Source of the DNA: Trichoplax sp. H2
Lineage: Eukaryota
Direction: 5' to 3'
DNA: 64,000 bases
NCBI GenBank assembly: GCA_003344405.1
Contig: NOWV01000016.1
Location: forward strand, 620,001-684,000
Each line of letters starts with the position of its first letter. Position 1 is the first letter of the stretch. Both the position numbers and the translations under genes were made by a program. A model generated the notes under the pieces. That model searched no databases. It saw nothing but the letters and a program-made list of their open reading frames with translations, and was not told the origin of the DNA. Of this stretch, positions 28,090 to 42,000 are shown piece by piece.

Positions 28090-28838
28090 TTTTCCTAACA
28101 GTTAAGTTGCTTCTTTTTTTCTACCCGTTATTTCATAGGAATCCAACAACAGGCAATGCTTCAATAAATGACGAAATTAGTATAAGCTGGATGATATGCA
28201 GTAGTTATAGATTCTCTATTCTACCGTCATAAATAGAATATTGATTTATGACGCCACAATACAGTATAACAATGGTTGCTAGTGAATTTGCAGCTAATAC
28301 AGTCTAAACCAGATGATTGATAACTTTATCCATTTCAGGTAATTAATTCCACCCAGGCTTAATGCAATATTTTGAAGTCGTTAGAAAAATTTAATACAAT
28401 CAATTAGTCAGTTTGGTTGGGAATCAGCGCATTTTACCTGTCTTGAGCTTTGTTGTGTCAATGTACCGGTTAATTTAATTAACCCTAATAACGGTAGAGT
28501 AAGTTACTCGCGAGACGCTAAACACAATAACTCAGGGCTCCCTATAGTTATACTGTACACTGTACTGAGGGTGTCTTAGTCTCGGCGATTGAAATTCTAT
28601 CAAGTTCTAATTTGAAGTCCTTATTAGATAAAGTTGGCATCATTTGATTGGAAATAAGATGCTTTATGCGACTATGTAATTGAAATTGACATAAAGTGTC
28701 TTCAAGCTACTAATATTAGTACTTAAAGCCAAAAGTACTTCTATAAATTGTGGCCTTTTTCTACAGTACATTGTAAGAAAGACTACGTACTGTACACTGT
28801 ACATACAGTGCAGTACTAAAAAAACGAGAGAACTGAAC

Positions 28839-29220
28839 AATGGAGGCTAAATCAAAGTAGCTATTACAAACAGACTTGAAGATTTGCGGTAAACAGAACT
28901 ACAAACTTTATTTACTTCCCTAGGCTACTCAAAATAACTACGTGACTACACGAGCTGTATAGTGTATACAGTACTATTTGTATATACATATGCATACGTA
29001 ACATATATAGAGAGAGAGAGAGAGACATATATAATGGAGGCTAAATCAAAGTAGCTACTACAGCTTTGAAGATTTACGGTAAACAGAACTACAAACTTTA
29101 TTTACTTCCCTAGGCTACTCAAAATAACTACGTGACTACACGAGCTGTATAGTGTATACAGTACTATTTGTATATACATATACATACGTAACATATATAT
29201 AGGGAGAGAGACATAGACAT
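28839..29220. repeat. Tandem duplication, 2 x ~190 bp, with (GA)n/(TA)n microsatellites
   Basis: AATGGAGGCTAAATCAAAGTAGCTA...ACGTAACATATATAG at ~28839 and ~29033, followed by a TA/CA-rich tract to ~29320. Confidence 0.92.
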
Positions 29221-30168
29221 ATATGTTATATGTACATACTGTATACACATATACATATATGATATACATATATGTCATATGACAATATATAGTAATATAT
29301 ATATACTGTACTGTATACTGTACAACCAACATTGCAGGATAGACCATAATTCTTCCAATCCTTTCAGCGTTCAACTGATGCAAGTCATTCATTGTATTTG
29401 ATTTATGAAGTAGAAAGGATCATGGATGACTACGATTTCGTCTCGACGGTCTCGTGCATACTATGCACGAGTATTTTACAACTGGCAATACTCGTATACT
29501 GTACAGCGTAGAATCATCAATGACTGCGATTTATATCGTACATATGCAAACACGTGCATCATATAGATGCGTATAACTTGACTAAGACCTTTTACTCTGC
29601 TCAATCAAGGCCCAATACAGTAATATAGTCATTTCCAATTTGCTGCACAATATGATGCTTTCAATCACATCAAATTTCTAATGCTTCTTTACACTATGGA
29701 AAGGTAAGAATGATTCAAAGCTGAATTCAGACTTATCTACAATAGCAATAAGAAAATTGGATCAGCATATTTATTATGATAATGATAAGGTACAAGGTAT
29801 GTAAACACAATCAGCATGCATAGCAAATCATGCACGAGTAGTGGGTAAGAAATTGAATCTCAAATTTTTATCACAACTTTCCAATCATTACAAGGAAATC
29901 ATATACGTAGCATTTCAGCATACTGTATAACGATTAAACTAAGTCATAACGCACAGTACGTAAATGACTGATTCAATATCCTAGGGTGGCTATAACCAGA
30001 GAGCAGAGCCTTTTTTAAATAGCTTCGGATAAAAGAGATCAGAGAAGCACAATACATTCTTACGTGAGACTTGATAAAACATGCAAGTAAACGGACCTAA
30101 AGAGGTGTAAAATAGAGATAGATAATTGTATTTCTGCATTACTTAAAATAGTGTCTCTATATATTAGT

Positions 30169-31329
30169 TCACTCTTTTGGAACTTCAATGCCTGGAGGAT
30201 AGAAGAACTTCTGGTGTTCCAATGGTGCGATAAAGGCTACCGTTTGCTTATCATAAACCTCCATCATCGGGAATGCCGTCAATTTATTCTCCTACAAGAT
30301 ACATAGTTATAAACCAGTAATGGAAAATTTATTTCAAGAGGTATCCCATAAACAGTATGAACAATATGAGCTATAAAAACTGACTATGATCACCTATGAT
30401 CAAAGGAGTTCGTATCAGTGCGATAACATGATACTACATACGTAGCGGAATACTTTTCAATACATACTCCTACAGTAAGTTCATTTGTGCGATCAGATGT
30501 AATCTAATCTACAGTACAGTAATCTATTAACCTTTCTGAAGATAGGTCAACTATGCAATAAATACATATACCTATCGTAAAACTAGGTAGTTAATTGATC
30601 TATGTGAATATGTTAGTATCAGTTTGCTCACTATTAATCGCACATTGCATCAATGGAAGCTTTTGGCTAGCAAAGTGATTTAGCATGTGCAATACACTAG
30701 TTGAACGTATGCAAAGTTACACAAGACATCCATTTAACAGGATTTGTAAGGTACCTTACCTGAATGTATTTGCCCAATTTAGGGTATACTCTGATTACTG
30801 ATATTAATATAGACACAATTCCTTTAAATGGAAAATAACAAAACACCGCTTGTGTAACTGCCGGAAGCTCATATTGTTTAAACCCTGCTTGCAAATATCT
30901 CTGCTTGACACTAGCGTCGATGGGAGAACCATTTTCACCTACAACAGCTGCAACGACCGATCGGCAATTTTCCTCTTTGACCTAAAACATACGCAGAATA
31001 CAGTATCCGGTAAGGCGCAGAGCCGTCTCTTCAATTAACTAGACAATAATGTATAATAAGGTTCAAACCGTATTCGGATCGTCATAATAGATGCCTAGTG
31101 TAGATCCATCCGAGCTGGGAAGCAATTTCCTAGCTTCATCAAAGATCGTGCCAACATTACGATATGCTCCAACATGAACTTTGTAAAAAACACTCAGTTG
31201 GTTGCAGATATAGGGCGGTTTAGCAGTCCTCAGGACAATCGGGTAAAGTAAACCGTTATAGATGAGGTAAAGGAAACCTGCAACCAAAAGTGTTACAGCC
31301 AAGTAAGCTAAGCATCCACATTCAACCAT
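30169..31329 (-). CDS. TEX264: TEX264-like protein B, 201 aa; exons 31069-31329, 30760-30981, 30169-30291
   Basis: TM anchor, then FYKVHVGAYRNVGTIFDEA, GIYYDDPNTVKEENCRSVVA, GFKQYELPAVTQAVFCYFPF, RVYPKLGKYIQ and LTAFPMMEVYD. Same two phase-0 introns as copy A. Confidence 0.88.
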
Positions 31330-31684
31330 GTCTCTTTACTTGCTGTCAGCAACTGCAGCTCTTACTCCGAGATCAAGCTATTTATTTGTTTTCAAATACT
31401 GTGCTGTATAAGCACACTATATGTATGTTCTATATGTTAAGACTCCTTGACTGCCGATAGTGTTTTCATACACAATACTATAATATGCACATTAAAATTG
31501 CATTTCCATGTAACAGATGGACAGTCCATCGTGACGATAGTATGACTCACGCAGCATGCAAGACTGGTCTTGTTCGCGTTTTCGCGGTGGCGGGCAAATT
31601 GTACACCAATCACGGCACAGTATTCAAATTCCTCACTATTGTGATGATTGCCGATGCCTCTTGACTACAACACTACAGTCATTC

Positions 31685-32543
31685 TAGCCGCTCTTCAAAT
31701 TCATCAGGCTCCGACTGAAAAGTGTATTAGCTTGTTATTAGTCATGGACTTCAAAGTACTTTGGAAGGTATTTTGAAAAGTCCATGGCGGATCAACCACT
31801 TTGGAAAGGTTGATATGATACAAAACTTTAGTTTCAATACAATCGTTCAAGCCATGGAGCACTAAAAGTATCCCAGTCTGCTACGCAGCAATAGTGATCC
31901 AAGGTACTTTTAAGCATACAAAGTTGTCACTAAAAACACGACAGTAGTTTGCCTATCAGCTCGTGACGATTCACTTCCTATCGATGTTAGCTGCTGCTCA
32001 GATTCATCAGGCTCCGTCTGGAAAGCGTACTAGAAGTATACTAGATCACTATTAGCCATGGACTTTAAAATACCTTGCAAGGTATTTTGAAAAGTCCATG
32101 GCGGATCAACCACATTGGAAAGGTTGATATGATACAAAACTTTAGTTTCAATACAGTTCAAATCATGGAGCTCTCAAAAGTATCCCAGTCTGATACGCAC
32201 CAATATTGATCCAAGGTACTTTTAAGCATACAAAGTGGTCACTAATAACACGACAGTAGTCTGCCTACCAGCTCGTGACGATTCACTTCCTATCGATGTT
32301 AGCCGCTGCTCAAATTCATTAGGCTCCGTCTGGAAAGTGTACTAGATCACTATTAGCCATGGACCTCAAAATACCTTGCAAGGTATTTTGAAAAGTCCAT
32401 GGCGGATCAACAACGTTCGAAAGGTATCATACAAAACTTTAGTTCCAATACAGTCGTTCAAATCATAGAGAACTAAATAGTATCCCAGTCTGATACGCAC
32501 CAATAGTGATCCAAGGTAGTTTTACGCATACAAAGTTGTCACT
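31685..32543. repeat. Tandem array, ~2.8 copies of a 303-312 bp unit with an internal hairpin
   Basis: Units begin at ~31685, ~31988 and ~32300. Each contains GCCATGGACT..AAAATACCTTGCAAGGTATTTTGAAAAGTCCATGGC or a variant. Confidence 0.95.
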
Positions 32544-33866
32544 GGCTCATAGAAATGGCGATTGCAATAACAAAATTAATAATTTATTTTTGTTTTCCTC
32601 CAACTTTTTAACCTGCGTACATTCATTACATGAATTCTATGTACATTAAAATGACCACTAAATTTTGAGTTGTTGCTGTAACAATTTCATACAACAGTTT
32701 TCACATTTCGTCAAATTGATGAAAATTATATTGCAAACAAATGCAGTCAATCGATAGGATACACAGCTGCGACTGTCTGAGAGTTATAAGATGTCACCGG
32801 CGACTGAGTAACTATTCTAGTAGAGAAGGCAAATTTTCAGTCACAACGACGTAATCCGAATATCATAAATAGTCTACCACATAATTAATATTATTAGCAT
32901 AATCATAATGATTAATAAATTAATGACAGATCATTAAGAAAGTTGAGAATCACGTAAATATAGTTGTAGGCGATGATACAGTGATGACGAGATTCCAGAA
33001 TTTCTAGAGTATGCTGTACAAGTGTAGTGTACATGCCATACTGCAGCATTGACAGAAACAATTGAACTAACACTTAATTTATGAAAGGAGAAAGTGAAAG
33101 ACGAGATAGAATTTATCTCTTCAAATTAGACGAAAATCGAAAATCATCTATCAATGACTGGGATTTTTGAGTAGCAATCTGATAATGGGTGATAAAAACA
33201 AACAAATAGGCTTTAACATTCGAGAATGCCAATACAGGCGTTCGTTACAAATAGCAATATGATCAGTTTAAGGGCTATCCAATGATACGCCTAGATACAG
33301 TACGCTAATACTGGCAATCATCTGTAATATTGACTAAACTGGTAATATAAAGCAAGCCTGTGATAATCGATTGGCAGCTAAATGTACAATTCTATTTTTA
33401 AAGTTGCCAGCACCACGCGTACAATATACTCTAGGTTATCGTAATAATTTGAATAAGGGTGGCTATAGAATTTGTAGCAAACGTCTACACAACCACATCC
33501 ACATACACATGTATAGGCCAGTAATTACTATGCATCAAATGCGGCAATCTATGTTTTACTTGATTCTGTTTTGAAGTAGTACAGTAAGTATCCTGCTGGA
33601 AAAAATGAACCACCCCTTGTTTTTAAGCCTAATTCCTAGTGATTAGTCTATATCCATAATTCTATACAGTATCCCATAAATGCTTATAGGATTAAATGAC
33701 AGCAAATACTAAGAATGATTAATGTCCAATTATATACGATCGTAGGACAGTTCTACATATGCATACACATAGGCTTTGATAAAATGAAATAATATAATAT
33801 CACGCGTGGTCCAACTAGAAAATATATATTACTCGATGATCTACCAGAAAGTCCTTGAATAAGTTC

Positions 33867-36800
33867 TTAACGCTGACTTTGATGAGTATGCATGTGTCTT
33901 CGAAGATCGACTTTACGTGGAAAAGCACGGCTACAAATTTCACATGAGAATGGCTTAAATCCTGTATGCTTGCGGCTATGAGTAATTAAATTCGACGATT
34001 GACTAAATGCTTTACCACACAATGTACATTTGTGAGGTTTTTCACCAGTATGAATATAGGTATGCTTTTTCATATCGGATTTTTGATGAAATCTTTTGCC
34101 ACAATATTGACAAGCAAAGGGTCTTGTATTGGTATGGATTAACATATGAGTAGATAGTGTCGATGATCGTTTAAAAATCTTAAAACAAGTCTTACATTCA
34201 TAAGACTTAATATTCGTATGCACTGCCTTATGTTGCTCTAAACTAACTCGATGTCCAAAGGTTTTTCCACAGGCGTCACATTCGAACGGTCTAACACCCT
34301 AGAATGAATTGGATTATATGAAACGAAATGACAGTTAATGATCGTATACGCATATTAGAGCTTAAAAATTTCATTTCTTAGCAATTTTTCAACGTAACTC
34401 TTAACATAGATAATCGAAAATGATACAACACTATATATAAAGTAGAATACATAGCATGAAATAGTATGATACCAACACTAGGCTAAACTGAATCATCCTA
34501 GCTTAACATTCTTTTACATCCGTATAATACTACTTACAGCATGAGAGCGCCGAACATGAATTTCCAATCCATGTGCCGTATTGAAACCTTTCTTGCAAGT
34601 AAAACACTCGAACGTTTCACACGAAACCTTTCCATTACTTATGGAATCACAATTATCTTCCACATCTAAATCTTCGCTATTTTTCGATTCGTGGTCAATG
34701 AGTCGTGTCTTGCCTAATTTATCTTGATTATCCTCGATACCTTTTGTTGATGTAATTTCTCGGTTTCTATCTGTATTACGATAAATTCCTTTAGGAAATT
34801 GATTTAAATTCAATGAATTGAGCGATTTGTTGTATAAATTATTGGCTGCAGTCACAGCAGCCGCCGTTGTATAATTGCTGATAGCATCTTTACGCCAGCA
34901 CATATGTGGTGCTTGATAAGGCCAATAGCACGACGGAAAGGGAGGTGCTTGCCCACCGAATAAATATGGATGGCGAAAATTGACGTAGGACAGTGGTGAT
35001 ATTTGAGAAACTTGATGTGTCATATTAGGATAATAGACTTCAGGATAAGTAGCTTTAGGTACAGCGATATCCAAACGATTGTTTGATCCTAAAATTCAAA
35101 AGGAACAATTAAACACACTTTGTGAGTATTATTCGCTTGCGTCTATTTAGAAAACTGAGCTCAATAAATGCGAAACACTTTTATACTATAATACAATAAA
35201 ACAGTTTTAGCTCATTCAAGAAATAATTTGCATCGTATAGGAAAATCTCATCATTAAAAAACTGTTAAGCTTGGAGTAGATCTCTTGAATTATAGTTCTC
35301 TATCTTAGATCACTTATTCAAATAATATAAAGATGAAACATATTATTACGGTGAAATTAAGCGGCTCACGAATATTTCAGTATGATAATACGCATAATAC
35401 GACATTTCTATAATCGAAAGTTATATTCCATCCTATTTTATTAAGAATAGACTATTGCAAAAATAAAAATAAAGCAGATCTCCATCATAATTAAAATAAG
35501 TCAAGTAAAGCGAAACTCATGCCATAATAAATAATATGATAACCCTGGAATCGTCATTACATGTAGCCATGAATCAATGTCCCAAAATCACTGCTAAGGA
35601 GCTATAAGGTATGATAGACTAAGTTAAGTTAAAATCTGAGCTCTTTTACGGTAAAAAAAAGGGTAAAAAACCGATAGAAATAAAATAATATTTAAAAACT
35701 TTGAATCAGACTAATGTAACAGCAATAGCGAAATCTTCTCTTAAAACAGCCGTAAGTAAATTTATTTTAAATAATAATTATTATAATCAATATACCTTAA
35801 CGGAATTGTTAAATGATTTATTCAACTATGTCGTGAAATTTATATTTTCAGGTACAGCCATAACAGTCAAGGATAGTGAACTGGAATGTAGTCTAAACGC
35901 GTACTATGTAAAGCAGATATTTATATAGGAAAAATTCCTATTTATCAAGCGTCCTTACAAAAAGTCAACGTATGTATTTCCGCATTCTGCAAGAAGTTGA
36001 TTGGGAAATGAAATATTGATTGTATTGTAAAGCAATCATTATCATAAAAAAATTCTACGTCGAAAGTATTACTAACCTATTATAGTGTATCACGATATTA
36101 TCAATAGAATTATAAATTTAAAATTATTATTGACAATCAGTTGTGAGAAAAATTTGCACATGGACGTGCAATCAATGGGATATGATAAAGGATAGAATAA
36201 AATAACGATAATAACCTTTCTCAAGAGGGATTATAATTATTAATGAGATTTTATGTCTTAATGAATAAATCAAGAGTCAATATTGATGACTACTTATTAA
36301 TATAATTAAAATATTGGCCGTTGTCTTGTGTATCATCATTTTCTCCAATTGAAAATTATAGAAAGTAAAAGTATAAAAAGTAATAAATGCATTATTATAA
36401 AATGTACTGTTCAAATCTCATCATCAGTATTATAGAAAATCATTTATATAGAAAAATAAAAGAGTTAATGATCGAACGGATACAAATTATGCTATGTAAT
36501 TTTCTTTTTTAGTCGATTTTAATCACTCAGCATAGTCATTACGATCAGAATCAATAGGCAAAGAAACATAATTAACAGTTTTTGTGCCATTTCCGTTAGG
36601 AATTATTTTGGAAACGCTATTTAAATTACTTCCTTAAACGTTAGCTAGATAATTTCAAGGCTATAAGCTATTTTAATCCTTAGTAGTAATCATTTAAGTC
36701 ATATCGTGTATTGCTCAAAACTGCGCATATTAATGGAAGAGAATACTATGATGCTGAAACAAAATATGGCTAAGGACTATATTATAGGTTATAACTCAGT

Positions 36801-38522
36801 TAATAAATAAGTATTAGTCATGATAGAGAGAATTTCGTATAATTTGTCTAATTTGAAAGTATTAACAGAAAGTCAAATCGAAAACTCTTGGGAATAATCT
36901 CATTCGACAATTATAAAAATCATTATAAGCTAAAGTGTAGGGAGTGCTTAGCTATTTCTATTTTCTGTTTATAAGCGGTAATTTTACAATCAAGGAAGCA
37001 GATGTAAGTGATAACGATGGAAATTGAGAATAATCAACTTAAACTGTCTATAAATCTCAACATGACTGGCTGAAAATGTACCAGAATATCAAATAACTTG
37101 TGGCAATCTTGATTTAACGCTAGTTAGAGAAAGGTTAAAAAAATAAAATCATCGTCATCTCTCTGATCATAATGTCTCAGCTATACAGCAGACATTTTTA
37201 ATTAGTAGTATTATCCTTAACTATACTGTTGTTAAGTTAGAACACGTAATATTAAATGTTCGCTTCGTCTTGATGCCTTTGTGCCGTATGTAATCGAAAG
37301 CAATATTTTTCTCTATTTTCGAAAATATTAGAAATCCTTTCTCTTTTGAATTAACTGATACTTGCCATACATCAAGATGTATACCATTATTAATTAAAAT
37401 TCAAGGAAATTTTAGATATTATATCAATTTATTAGATAATATTCTCAATTCTGTTAAAGTAAAAGCAATAGATTTATAGTTGATGAAAATAGGATGAGAA
37501 TCTACATCTTTTCATGACTGATTAATTAAAGACAGTATTAAGATGATAATAAACAAATATAAATAAATTGCAATACAGAGTACCGACAATAGAATTAAAA
37601 TTAGATAATGTTATTAATAGATTATCTCTTCCTTGTGATGGTGGATAAATTAACTATACTTCAATCTCTTACACCAATGATGACATAATCTCAATCAAGT
37701 TAAATTACTTCTCTTGTAGCTAGGAAAGACGGAATGTTGATGAGAAGAGATTTATTACTCGATCTGGAGAGTAGTATAATGTGGCCCTAGATTGGATTGA
37801 TATCGTGTGTTTATACAAAAAAAAGGCAATATAGTAAACACGGAAAATTGCATCCGATATTGAATAGCGTCTGGGTGCAGAAATATTGACAACGGTTGCA
37901 TTTATATTGTAAATAACTTTAAATTTATCAATGTAGTAGGCACTCATTTCATTTACATGCAACACGGATTAAAATAACAGAACTAAATTTGGCGGAAAAT
38001 GTTAGACTTTATTATCCCTTTTCATAAAATAAATCATTCAGGGGAAAAAAATAATATACCTTCAATGAATTGAAATTTTTCGTTTGATTAGACTAAATAC
38101 ATTAAAGTTAAGTTAGAAACTATACCGCGAACAAATAACCTTTCAACAAAATCAAATAAAATTAATGTAACTACTATTTAAAATACGTGTTATATTGGAA
38201 ACTTCCATTTATGATCTAATTACGTTAGTTTAATGCGTGACATTTTAGAAGTTGTCAAGAGAAAATTGACTTGATTCTTAACTGCAAAAACAAAAATATG
38301 AGACTTCGTAGTTATTATCAACTTGATCGTAATCATTATGCGATGGAAAGATTTATGCGTATGACTATAAATTTTTCTCTCAATTTTGGCTAATATCGAC
38401 AAACTACAAACAGAAAATGCCTTACCTTTTAAATTAGATGTAGTATGAATAAAGTCAGATGGGTAAGAAGAGTTGGCCAGGTTCATTTTATTCTTGATTT
38501 TAACCAGGAAAGATTTTGGCAT
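33867..38522 (-). CDS. GFI1: Gfi1/senseless/pag-3 family SNAG plus six C2H2 zinc-finger repressor, 359 aa; exons 38426-38522, 34538-35088, 33867-34298
   Basis: SNAG motif MPKSFLVK. Fingers include [78 protein letters not shown] and RKVDLRRH, diagnostic of Gfi1. Phases 1 and 0 fit, total 1080 nt. Confidence 0.97.
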
Positions 38523-38599
38523 CGCTTGTTATTCTTGCAAGACGGAAAATGATTTTTTTTTTCTTTCTATTAGTAGTCACCACGGCAGGTTAATCTTTT

Positions 38600-39028
38600 C
38601 AGGTGGGTGTTGGAAGTGTGTTGGCTAGATCAGATTTGATGGAGCATTTATAACCCTATTGCCTCCTTTTATGCACCTAAAATCAAGATATGAAGAAAAA
38701 GTTGTAGACAACGAGTAACAATCGGATGCAACAAACTTCTGTGTATACAGTGTGAGAATAGTGGACAAATACTTTGAGACTGATATTCATTATAGATACA
38801 ATCGGAGAATTATAATCAATAATTTTGGTTTATAATATTACCACTGAATGTAATATCATTGTAAAAGAAAAGGAAAAGAAATTGTAACATCATGTACATA
38901 TTTAATAAACTGTATTATCAGCTGGAGTAGGGGCAGGTGAAAAGTAACTCACGAACAATGAAATATTTATTGTTGTCGGCTTGTTTATTGAAAATTGTTA
39001 CAGCTGTCAATCTATGCTGTCCACCTGC
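38600..39028 (-). promoter_or_regulatory. Putative GFI1 promoter: TATA box, CAGSTG E-box cluster and CSL-type site
   Basis: TATAAAT (minus strand) 38646-38652; E-boxes at 38600, 38919, 38934, 39001 and 39022; TGTGAGAA at 38751-38758. Confidence 0.55.
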
Positions 39029-42000
39029 AAGAATTCTAAACATGATGCTAATATTTAACTACTCAATCTAAGAGATTAAATGATGATGATCACTTTATCC
39101 CTAACTCAATTTAAATACTGTAAACTTAAGTAAATCAACTTATCAATGTAATATAAAAATGGACAAAATCAATCGATCATCATTATCAACTCATAATAAT
39201 ATATTAACCGATATGCATTTAATTTGATGAAATAAAAAATTTTATTAGATATTATGATGATCAGTTTATAGCTTTAGCCAATGTCAGTTCCATTATGTAA
39301 GTATCAACATTCATAAATAGGATATTTAAAATCGATTGGCCTACAATACATATTTTACTAGTTAAAATTCTGAAGCCAAATCATGAGAGTTGAAAAAGGT
39401 AAATCAAAATAGGGAAATTACTACAGATAAATATCGGTGTGTCATTGATGGCTACTATGATCAAAATTTATGGATAAAAAATGTAATCGATTGAAGCAGT
39501 CAATTGCTTTATCAGTAATATATATTTATATTTTATGTGATTAAGGCACTGTAGCACTAAATTAAGGTTTGTTAATTCCTTGTGATTATCAATCTAAATA
39601 CTTTTCATTTATGACCATTATTCATAGCCTTTGTTATCTATTAAGTTAGATTAAGAAATGAAATTATTTCTTTTCTTTGTTGCTAACCAACTGACAATAT
39701 CGCAATTAAAGTTTAATGTGATTTTTACTTTTATGTTATTAGTTACACTTGTGCAATCAAATGGGTCATTGGATTAAACGTAGACAATAACGCATAAAAA
39801 TACCAATGCTGCTTTAGATAGTTATTTTCTCAATACAGCTTGTCATGCCGTGATTTTTTCCAGACGATCATCGCTGGAATAATAAGCTATTGTACAATAT
39901 ATACATATCTCTATATTGTAAAGATAGCTATAAAAACTATTTCAATAATTGCTATCATAATTCACTGAAAATAATATTGACAATTGAAGGAAATGGGATT
40001 TAACAAAGTATCGCACTGTAACCATTTATACCTTTGATAATAAAATAATAATGCCTTACGTATATCAGCAGTATGTTATCCGTGTACATAAAAAATGCAG
40101 TTAAATCTTTAAACTGATATAACTCATTTTAGTAATTTTATTAAATAGTAATCATTATGGCTATGATTTAATAATAACAAATCTTTAAGCATGGCATGAG
40201 TTTACGAAATTATACATTTATATCGTGAACATGTCTAGTTACACTAAATTGAGGTATAGATGATGCAGTGATTAAATTAGTTTAAAGGTGACATTGAAGA
40301 CAGATGGTATACGAGTGATTTCCTGTAATAATGTAATAGGTAGTGAGATTATTGCAGTCACGACTTTAAATGAAAAGATTGAAATAGAGTACCTTATATG
40401 ATGGCTTAAACAAGATTTACTCGTGCTACACAATATGAATACTTTAGACCAGTGTGGAATAATTTGGTTACTGTCACCTCTCTCTTTCACTTAATAATGA
40501 CCATTAACATTTTACCCTACCAGAGTGCGGTACGTACTAACTAGTTAACAATTGGGAATCAATTTTGGAATCCTATAGTGTTAGAATACAACCTATTGCC
40601 ATTGCTTCATGCAGTCAATCTGTCATTATAAGCATGAGTAATAACGATATTTGTTTGGCTCACGCCTGAGAAAATGTTGCATACGTATCATTCCATTATA
40701 ATTGTAAGCGAATTTTGATAATACGCAATCATCAGAGGATTATCATCATTCACAGAAAATAATAGGGAACCCTTGGGGCACTATTATCATGTTTCAAATA
40801 TTTCTTCAATTCATTCATCTACTGATCTACTCGATCCCATCTGATATTATAATAGTATCTATCAATTTATCTATCTGTCTATTTTGTACTTTTCTTCCTT
40901 TCATGTCCATTCTAACCTAATTCGTTCACTTAACTCCAATGATGATAGAATTGTCAGTCCATTGAACGATAACGAATGAAGGACTCTCTCTCTTTTCATT
41001 CCATCTATTTCAGATGGTGTTAATGTGAATTTTTCTTAACTGAATGCTACAATAATCCATTTATTTTTTAACTTTCAATCTAAGAAAGAAAGTATACTTT
41101 ATTTGCAAACAGGCGGGTTATAATCTATCTCTATTGTCTTCTTTTGCCAATGTCAGCGTTTAATAGGAATGTAAAGTTTAAAAAAGATCGTCTATCATGA
41201 TTGCAGTTTTATTATGATGACGATACATCAACATTGGTTATACTCTCTACCATCTTGCAACTATGATGATCAAATAGAGTTTCAACTCAATCCAATATGA
41301 TCATTTTCAAGTACTCCAACTTGGCAATAGATGTAACAACGGATGGAAATTCCATACGATCAGTGCTCGACATTCCATCGTTGATTCACTTATTACAAGT
41401 AAATTTTTCAGATTTTTTAATTTTTAATTTTTCTGATTTATCAACCATTTGCCATGTTCTCACGTTAGTAAAGTAATTAATCTCTTTTATTGGCTAGCAA
41501 TCTAAATAAATGAATATAAAGCTTTTGTATTCTAGTTAAGCCAAGACAATAGCTTCTATTCTCTTTTTTGAATGGACCGTTAAAGCACAGACTAACTCAC
41601 TTAATACTCTGTCTGTTATGACGTGGGTTCGCCCGGATAGTACGGACAGACATAGCGACACAAGTAGCAAATTGATTACAGTTGCTAATCAGTCATTCAG
41701 AAGGTTATTTGCTCTAAATTGTCCTGATTTTAGCATTGTTGCCTATCCAATTTCTGCTTTGGATATCCTATCATGGTAAGAGAGTTTTTCTGGTCTGATT
41801 CAGTGAGATTTGATGGTCTGGCATTTCTAGTCATGCCATGGCTTCCATCGTGAATCTATCGTCCGCAGTCCGCGGTCCGTAACATGTATCTCTCCCATAG
41901 AGTTAAGAGAAAAAACCAACAATAACAAGTCTGTCTATCTGTATCTGGTCGAGAAGTCTGTACATCTGTATATCTGGAATAATTGGAGCTGCCTAGAAGT

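Noticed and set aside
31685-32543. Hammerhead ribozyme/retrozyme in the 300-bp repeat (CTGATGA on the minus strand)
   Set aside because: No stem II followed by GAAA at a suitable distance, and copy 3 has lost the motif.
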